Shown piece after piece: positions 54,567 to 64,000 of a stretch of DNA of 64,000 nt. The position numbers were made by a program, and so were the translations under genes. Below the pieces are notes generated by a model that made no database searches, had not been told where the DNA came from, and saw only the letters and a program-made list of their open reading frames with translations. This stretch comes from Trichoplax adhaerens (Eukaryota > Animalia > Placozoa), in NCBI RefSeq assembly GCF_000150275.1, contig NW_002060943.1, forward strand, positions 5,104,008 to 5,168,007. The letters run 5' to 3'. How positions within the stretch are numbered: the first letter of the stretch is position 1; the number at the start of each line of letters is the position of its first letter.

Positions 54567-57500
54567 ATGGTGGTGGTGTTAATGATCGCTGAGAAGCCAT
54601 CGCTGGCTCAATCAATTGCCAAAATTCTCTCCCGTGGCACTATGAAAACGAGAAAAGGGATAGCTAAGCCATGCCAAGTTTATGAATATAGTGGTACATT
54701 TCATGGGCAGCAAGCTCGATTTTCGGTGACTTCAGTTTGCGGCCATGTTTATTCGTTGGATTTCCTGCCACAATACAATAATTGGGATGCTGTAGATCCT
54801 GTTAGTTGCGTCATTATTCATTGAGGCTATAAAAATAACCTCTGTTACAACTCTTATACTCTATAAAATTGACTTGCAATGATTGACTACAACGCTTAAA
54901 GTCACACAATTTTGTTAAATATTGCCAATCAATATCGATCTCTCTTTATGAGCTGCATACATGTCAGTTACTATAGGAACATGTTAAGTTGCTTAGGCAT
55001 TGACTTTAGCCTTTTTTTATATTGGTGATAGGTTGATCTGTATGATGCTGAAGTCAAGAAGAAAGATGCTAATCCTGATCAAAATATCGTTAAATTTCTA
55101 AAACATGAGGTAAGTTAAAATAGTATGAAAGAGTGAAAGGATTATCATATTACTCATCAAGTTACTGCATAGTGAAAAGCACTATTCTGATTTACAATAC
55201 AATACAGTAGTCGTGGCTGACTAAATGAAAGGTAAATTTAATAGCTAGCTTTGTCTACATCTGTTAAATAACTGTAATGATATTTACATATCTACCAGCA
55301 GCGCTCAGACTTTATACTTACGACTGCTTGATCTTCGTAAATAATGATAAAAAAACGGAATAGTTTCATTGTACAGAGCTTTTATCATGTATTCTATCAT
55401 AGACTGTATGATCAATGCTGATATAATGATAGCCTTAAAGTGTTAAACGTACTAAAGTTGATCATATATCATATTGTATATTGCACAGTATGGAGTTAAC
55501 AGCATCGCTTTTCGATATATAATATAATCCATCAGTACATTTGGATCAAGAAGTATTTAAATCATTTTGCACTATATAAAATGTCATTTTGGATATAATC
55601 TGATGTTACTATTAGGGGCAGGGAATCGATTACTTAGTATTGTGGCTCGATTGCGATCGCGAAGGTGAAAACATCTGTTTTGAGGTCATTGATATCGTCA
55701 AACCAGTCATGAGAAACTCTAGCAGCCAGGTAATCCACGGCTTATAAACTCGTATAATACTATTATACAGTAAATGAAATCAACATTTCTTGAAACTAAA
55801 ATTTGCAACATGTCTATACAACAGGTAAAATGCAATTATTTACACCTGCGATATCTGTTTTATACAGTATACCACAATAAAATATTAAGTGATCAGTGCT
55901 AGCTACTGTAATTTAGGGTAATAACATAGTAATAATAACCTTAGGTAACCGCTAACTTTTTAATCAGTATGTAAAATTTATGTATACTGTAATTAATGAA
56001 TATTAATATTTTACCAACGCTGCTATGGCCTGTATATAGTAAACTCATTTTAAGCTATTAACTTCCTCTTAGCTACTAATGTAAGCCGTTATGACAGAAT
56101 GTCACTGTAAACGTTCGATTTTCATAATAAGATAAAAATTGCAGATAGCATTATAGGTTCATACTCTACTAATCCTTGTTTCACTATTAGATGGTAGCCG
56201 GTCTAATTTCGTATTTCTTCTTTCCATTCGCATGTTTATACAACATAGAATATATTTCGAGCTAAATTTTCTGCCATTACTGATAAAGACATTTTTCGAG
56301 CAATGGAGACGTTAATAACTCCTAATAAGAATGAAGCTTTGTCTGTTGATGCAAGACAAGAGTTAGATTTGAGAATTGGATGTGCATTTACTAGATTTCA
56401 AACTAAATATTTTCAGGTACTTTAATGTTACATTTTTGTCAAAGTTCCATAGGAGTCGCCTCAACTTTATAATCTTAAATGGTTTATATATAATACGCCC
56501 ATTTCTAAGTCAATAATCATAAAAAAATAGGGCAAATATGGAGATCTGGATAGTTCATTAATTTCCTACGGGCCATGCCAAACTCCAACGTTGGGCTTTT
56601 GTGTAGAACGTCATGATAAAATTAATTCATTCGAACCTGAAAAATATTGGAAAATCGATGTTAAAGTAAGTATGCTTCCTCACTCTGATCTGCACTTCTT
56701 TATCAGGCGACTTTTTACTGTGATTAGCATATTATCATCTCTGTAAAAACGAAATATCTTTTAATGGTCTTATATTAAACTATGTCACTGTTTCAATCTC
56801 GATAGGTTCGGCATAATAATTCAACATTTGCTTTACAATGGAATAGAGTTCGCATTTTCGATAAAAACGTCGCCTCAATGTTTTGTGAAGATATCAAGGC
56901 AGTAACTCGAACAAAGTGAATAATAATTGCCATTGCAGATAACTTCATAGTTGACGCTTTCGTTTACATTTATACTTTCAACGCTAGTTAACCGCATTAT
57001 TTATCAATAGAATTCTCAAAGTAACAACAACTCAGAAATCGAAACAGAAGCCTATTGCCCTGAATACAGTAGAAATGCTTCGGAAAGCTTCATCTGGATT
57101 GAATATCGGACCACACCATACTATGGCTTTGGCTGAAAGATTGTATATTCAGGTACAGAGCTAAAACTATTAAAAATTGATGTTATTATAAAATGCTGAA
57201 AAATTTGTACGGTACTTCTTATAAATTGACGTTAAAATATTAAATTTATATTACAATAAGTTAAATAAATTATTTGTGTATTGATTAGGGATATATTAGT
57301 TACCCTCGTACTGAGACAACAACCTACCCTCAAAATTTCGATTTCAGGTGAATAAAGCACTAGATAAAATAAGCAGATATAGTTTATTTTAATGATAAAA
57401 TATATACTTGTATCTTGATACTGTCTGTCCTGGGACAGTGATTTCTGCTGTAGTATGAACGTGTATGATTTGCTACTGTGACTGTAGAGTTTTCAAACTT

Positions 57501-60269
57501 CAAGAGAACACTTATTCTATTGTCTTGAATATCGCAGAGACCTATTAGGCAAACTCTCATCGCATGAAGATTTGGGTGATACTGTCAAATCGTTGCTAAA
57601 AGATGGATACAGCAAACCAAAGTAAAGATGGAAACTCATAGTTATTATCAGCTAAACATTATTATCGCACTATATTATTTCCGATAGGATGGAAGGACTA
57701 TGTTGCTATTAAGCGCTAATATTATTATTGTATGAAACTTTAGGAAAGGACAGGATGCCGGTGATCATCCTCCCATCACGCCCATGAAAGTCGCTGGTCG
57801 AAATGAATTGAGTGGAGACTCTTGGCGTTTGTATGACTATATTGTTCGTCACTACCTAGGCAGTGTACGTTTCATAATTGTATTATTTGTGAACTTGTCA
57901 TTATTTCTGGCTTGTATAAAGGGATATTCAAAAACTTTTTTTGGTGCCATTTTGCTGCAATATTAGGTTATGGAAGATTGTCGCTACACGCAAACAACAT
58001 ACATGGTAGAAATATCTAAAGAAAGCTTTACATGCAGTGGTGCAGTTGTGACCTCACCTGGATTTTTAAGTGTTATGAACTGGTTGCAGCAAGATGAGGG
58101 CCAGAATTTGCCTAACCTTGACCGTGGAGCGGTCTTAGAAATCACCGAAGTTAGTATCAAATTTTGTGTTATTTACTTTCTATGATCATCTCCCAATTTC
58201 TTGGATATCTTATCTTAAGGCTAAATTGAGTGAACATCAAACGTCTCCCCCTGATTATCTTACTGAAAGTGAATTAATAACGTTGATGGAAAAGCACGGA
58301 ATTGGAACAGTTAGTTAACGTATATACAGTGTTACAGTAATAAATAGCTACAGTTGCAACATCGCACAGTAATGCTAATACATATTTTATTATTCTAAAG
58401 ATATTGAATGTAGCAAAGAATCAATCAACGAAAGTATTTTGTGCCTAAAAAAGTAACCTTTACTATTGCAGGATGCGAGCATTCCAGTACATATCAATAA
58501 CATCTGCGAACGAAACTATGTAAAAATTACAGGCTCTAGGCGTTTACAACCGACACAATTGGGAATTGTTCTAATTCATGGATATCACAAGGTATAGCAT
58601 TAAATAATTGCTTGAAATATTCTAAATGACAATAAATTTGTGTACTAAAATAAGGCAATACAGCCTAATAATTATGTAGCTATTAAACATAAACAATTTT
58701 TAAAAACTTACCTGTTGATTTGCTAAAGATCGATTCAGATTTAGCATTACCGACAATGAGAGCAGACGTTGAAAAGCAGCTTAATTTAATTGCTGCAGGA
58801 AAGGTATAAATGACTTACACTTATGCATTATATGTAGTGTATTTTCATGTATTTTTTATATAACGTTATATTTACATTTTTGTATTAATTTTACTATTGT
58901 AGGCTGACTTCAAAGCAGTGGTTAACTACGTAGTTGATATATTTAGAAACAAATTTTGCTACTTTAAAGATTCAGTTTCTAATATGGATCACTTATTCGA
59001 AGTATGCTTTACTAAATTAGCAGAGACAGGAAAGCCATTTTGCCGGTAATGACTTCACTTTTACAATCAAATTTTATCGTATAAGCATTTTACCAAGAAA
59101 TTTTTTGTTTGGAATAGTTGTGGATCCTGCAATAGATATATGAAGCTTATTGTTGCCAAACCTTCAAGGCTTTATTGTAAAACCTGTGATCAAACATACA
59201 GTTTACCGCAAAACGGTACTATTAAACTATACAAGGTAACAGTTGAAAACACTCTTATTTCTACGTTGGTGTCCTATGCTAGCATCATAAATCTTTTTCG
59301 AAGAAGAATTACACTCTTAGATTATATTCTTATGCAATACAAAAATGTTGGACGCAACGTATAGTTATAGATCTACTTAATTTACTCTAGGAACTTAAAT
59401 GTCCAATCGATGATTTTGAACTCGTCCTTTTTTCTGCAAACACAGGAACTGCGAAGGTTCGTAATTTTACTTTCAAGTCTTATAATATCGCCGTTGCATT
59501 ACTATAATTCAAATCTATCGTTTTCCTTTTATGGACCCTTTAGGCAGTTCCTTTATGTCCTGCCTGCTACACAAAATCTCCATATCCGGACGTAGCAAAG
59601 AACCTAATGTGTAACCAATGTCTACATCCAACCTGTCCTCACTCAATGATGCAAAATAGGATTCTTGACTGTCAAATTTGCGATCAGGGATCCATTGTAC
59701 TCGATGCACCATCAGCACCTAAATGGAGAATGACTTGCAATAAGTATAATTATCGGATAAGTATAAACAGTTTATAAAGTTTCTGCATGGTATAGGTAAA
59801 TGCTGTCGAAATTATTGACAATATTTGCTTTTTAATCACTGTCTACATTAGATGCAAATTCTTTGTCCCATTATTACAAAATGCTTCGAAAGTATCTGTT
59901 AAAGAGGAAACATGCCATTGTCCAACCAATATAATCACAATTGAATTCAAAGTGAGTAGTGCATTTTAATGTTGTACACGTTAGATTATGATAGATGATC
60001 AATAATGTATAAGCATATAAAAGGATACACATTTTTGTTGATAATTAATTAAGGATGAGTCACCATTTCCTAATGGTAAAAAATCTCACTCTGGATGTTT
60101 AAATTGTGACGAGATCTTCGTTAAATTAATTAAACTGGAAAGCGTAATTGAAGAGCAGCTGTCTAAAGGACCAAGGTCATCGATGCCTAGTCGCGGTGGA
60201 CATCGTGGACATAGACAGGGGCGAGGAGGAAAACGAGGACGAGGACGAGGCCGAGGGAAAAAAAGATAA
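54567..60269 (+). CDS. TOP3B: DNA/RNA topoisomerase 3-beta, multi-exon
   Basis: [11 protein letters not shown]; [16 protein letters not shown]; [17 protein letters not shown]; [12 protein letters not shown]; catalytic [10 protein letters not shown]; EKHGIGTDAS; C-terminal CxxC zinc ribbons and RGG tail; stop TAA at 60267-60269. Confidence 0.96.
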
Positions 60270-60789
60270 CATATTACTTTGCTAGATATTGTGATGGTCA
60301 AATTTTTCTCCATTTATCTTCAATGTGCAACCTACGCGTGTTGGTTCTGTCAGTAGTAAAATGTATAATGAAGTACTGAAGCGAAATGTATGCTTAAAAT
60401 ACGTGTATAATTTTATATGATATAAAATTGTTCAATTACTTAAGTAAACTTATACTACATAACTGTAAGACGATAGGCAAGTTCACTCCAACTCAAAGTA
60501 AATGGGCAAATAAATTACAGAATATTTATAGTATTTCCTATGTAGCTATCGAAATAAAAAACCATTTCAGTTGATTATTTGGTTAATACTGTGATATACT
60601 TAAATGAAATCGTCTTAATAAAGATATTGTCTTTACTAACAGTAGATCTACGTGTACATTGTTTAGCGCTAGATTTCGATGTCTATAAAAATGGTAGTGC
60701 CTAAAATCGTTGTAACCTTTCCGATCCATATCGGCTTTTCATGGTATCAAGGATTAGACGCTGATAGGATGTTACGAAAATTATAAATA

Positions 60790-61016
60790 CTAGTGCAAAC
60801 TCCCGTCGCTTTGCTGACGGTTTACGATAATGTGCTCATTTAACAGATAGTATTACCATTTGATAGACCTGTCAGATAATTCACAATTATATAAATCACT
60901 TGTTTCCTACGTATTGTCACAACTGGTATTTTCTTCCTGAGAGATTCCCGGGATAGAACGTACACATACGAATGTATGTATTGTATGCTGCATATTCGAA
61001 CTGTAACTTTACTAGA
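60790..61016 (-). mobile_element. Short non-autonomous Helitron-like element (candidate)
   Basis: The minus strand reads A|TC...CCGTCAGCAAAGCGACGG(hairpin)-9 nt-CTAG|T. This gives 5'-TC, 3'-CTAG, a subterminal hairpin and an A|T target without TSD. The 5' boundary is less certain than the 3'. Confidence 0.45.
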
Positions 61017-61931
61017 TATCAGACTGTGAGTATGACAAAATCAAATTAACTGATTGCGCAAGCTATCTACACTTTAAACCTTCTAATGAATAGACCAGGC
61101 TCATACTCAGCTTTCGATACACATTGAAACGTTGAACTTGTTCTATTGGTGGTTTTGCCCAATTGAATTTCAATTACTTTATTATCATTTGCAGTTGTGA
61201 AAGAATTGTTAACAAATATTTTTCTTTCATTAATAAATTTGAGATATCATACAGCAAATTTGAATCTACCCGAAGTTAACAAAAATGGTATCGCGACCTT
61301 TCAAATTTAACTGTACCAGAAAAATTTGGGTAACAATTGAAAATGTTTTGTTTAAAATAAATATAATGTGCATAGAGCTTCAATGCAAGCATCGCGTTAA
61401 GAGTACTGCACCTTTTCATACTTGTATGCAATACTCGTGAATTTTTAACATTCATCATTAACGAATCATTAACTCAAAAACTTAAGTAGAATTGATTTCC
61501 ACAATAATAATAACTGATAACAGTTATCAGGAACATACAATAAGTATTTATGTCGGTGATTGATTGTTGCAAACTATTTTCATAAAGTTACTAAACTACT
61601 GTATTCGTATCAAATAGTAATAAGAATTTAAAAATTACATAAATAGCTTTTGACCCATAAATAGATGCCCTATTAAGTTATATAATATTATAATATAAAT
61701 AAGTGTTGAAATTTGCAAAGTGTAAATATAGACAATAACCTACGAATGAGTTTATTGCATAGAATTATTTTTAAGCAAAATGTTTTTGAAGTCCCAAATA
61801 AGTGTTAAATTGAATAATTTATCGGCCACGCGCAGTAAAAAAATAGGAACCGGTATAAACCAGTGATCATCTTCAAATAGTATATAAAGTTTTGATTGGA
61901 TCGTCTAAGAATTTTTAAAATTTTAATTTCT

Positions 61932-63840
61932 TTACACCTTCCCTGTCATCAAGTTTAAATTTGAGCCAATAGAAGTATGAGGGCTACCGACTCGTGGACT
62001 TCCCAGGGGTGATGGTTGTAAACTACTACTCTCACTTAAGACCGGAGTGTTATTCGTACTGGCGGCAATAAAGGAAAACATTGATAATACTGTATAGCAA
62101 ATTTTCTTGCACTATAGTAAGAAAGGAAAAAAGGTTTATCGTCAGTAACTGAAATGGGTAAAGACATCGAGCCTGCGACATTTCATCATGATTTAGATAT
62201 AGTATTATGATTCTTGATTTTAAGGATTTAGATATTATCCAAATTTTATGCTATACTATAATTGCTATAATATAACATACCACAGGTGATCCAAATCTAT
62301 GGCGAACCAACTCAGATTCATTAACTGTAGAGTTGAAGGAAATACTTTGTATTATTATTTCAAAAGTAGCACCTCTTTCCTCTCATTTAATAGCATGCTT
62401 GAAATTAGAATAACTAACCGTATTCGTCAAAATAGAAGACGTCGCCTTGAGTGCCACAATTTTTTACAAATCTTAAATCGATGTGTTTCTAAAGAGGTCA
62501 ATTATAAACCCAATACCAATATTAAAAGAGAAGGTAATGGCCAATTTTAGATGTGCTAGCAAAAAGTAATAAATGTTACTATCAACTATGCCACTTTAAC
62601 GCGTCTTACCATTTTACTTTCTAAGGTAATATCAATACCATCCATAGTAATTTCGAGGTGTCCAGTCTGATTCGTGTCTAAATCCTTTCATAACACCATT
62701 ATTTAAAACTATTAGTCATTTTATTTACAAAAATGGAAAGTATTACTGATAGTTAATGGCCAATGTAAAAGTTTTAAATGAACTAAAGAATCTGGATCTA
62801 ACCGATATCTCATATAGTCCTTCGCCTTCTTGTCCCCCTAGTGAAAATTGACGAATAATATAAAAATTGGTAACGCATTTATAGCTTGACATTAGAAAGT
62901 CAAAATGGGCAATATAGTATAATAGATGTCACCTTCAATATTACTTGTAAAGCTTTGTCGAAGAGCTGCTCTTTGCATACTTTCCGTAATGCTCTTATAA
63001 AGTTTTCGGCACTATAAGACATTTTGAAGAAATGTAATTGTAAATATGGTAATAAAAAATTCTACATTAAATTAGTGAATTAGGAGAAGGTAGCAGCAGT
63101 ATTAATATATTACTTACCTTTTTAGAATAAAACTTATGTAGTGCTGTATCTTTCCCTTCTTTACACCAAATACAGAGGACTTTCACCTTTGGCGAAAAAG
63201 AAATATGAACAATTTTTTCGTACCACCATCGTTGAATAATCACTCCAACTCCACTCCTTAACATGATACCATCGTCACATATCTAGATAATGATTAGAAT
63301 GCAATAATGACTTGAATACTTTGTATCAATGCAAAATCCATATTTGTTGATTAGTTTATTTTATTAACTTTGTAGCATATGACAAACCTCCATAAAATAA
63401 AAATCGTCCAGCTTATCTGTACCAGCTCTAACTACGTATGTCGATTTTCGATAAGTTCTACTTGGCCAAGCTTTGAGATCAATATCGTTTCCTTTCTGCG
63501 TGTATTAAATATTCATAGGATTAAATACTATGACAATAAAAGTGACAGGAAATACAAAAGTTTTGCAAGATTTTAATGAATATAAATACGTTCATTTGAA
63601 CGTTTTAAAGGATCGCAACTCACCAAGCTATCCATGACGTCTAGAACATCATTTACATACTGACTATGAGTAATGCCAACGTGTGATTTACCAAGTAGAC
63701 GACGAATTTTACTTTTAATCGATTGTTTATTAACACCAAGAGCAACCATAAAAGCGACCATATTGTATAACATGACAGTTAGTACATAGTCTTCTTCCTC
63801 TTCTAAACGTCTCCTCTCCGGTTGACTTAATGAGAAATAT
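61932..63840 (-). CDS. MADD: MAP kinase-activating death domain protein / Rab3 GEP, C-terminal exons (gene continues past window end)
   Basis: [113 protein letters not shown]; stop TAA at 61934-61932. Confidence 0.92.
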
Positions 63841-64000
63841 CTAAACGAATAAATAAAAAATTAACTTGCAAAATAACTCCATAACAGATACTGCATTATA
63901 TAATTAACTAGTATAGGTATAGGACGATATTTTTTATTTGCATACAAGGTGCAATAAAATAATAAAGTAATTACCGGTCAATTAACTCTGATGATCGTTC

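Noticed and set aside
60086-60313. Pro/Arg-rich minus-strand ORF
   Set aside because: It is the antisense shadow of the TOP3B RGG tail.

Overview
AT-rich, gene-dense eukaryotic (animal) genomic DNA with short GT-AG introns. The organism is most likely a placozoan (Trichoplax-like), inferred from the gene set, the compact introns and the ACAGT/ACTGT clusters at gene starts. Eleven spliced protein-coding genes were reconstructed by hand: LAMP-family (-, runs off the left edge), ZC3H14/Nab2 (+), group II PAK (-), CLASRP (+), BAHD1-like (+, 5' end unresolved), WDR43 (-), SAE1 (+), PIGV (-), MGAT4-family (+), TOP3B (+) and the 3' part of MADD (-). The main non-coding observations are five. (1) A candidate ~205-nt stand-alone structured RNA (16280->16073), with a TATA-like box upstream and a T5 stop, lies between two minisatellite arrays and matches no RNA family I recognise. 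(2) Three unrelated minisatellite arrays each end at a promoter, and each carries a CCATTTT (YY1/PHO-like) core oriented the same way relative to the adjacent gene. (3) A modular fold-back repeat complex with telomere-like modules lies at 26.6-28.8 kb. (4) A short Helitron-like element lies at 60.8-61.0 kb. (5) The LAMP-PAK-CLASRP-BAHD1-SAE1 linkage echoes vertebrate paralogon neighbourhoods. All family calls come from recalled motifs; no searches were run.
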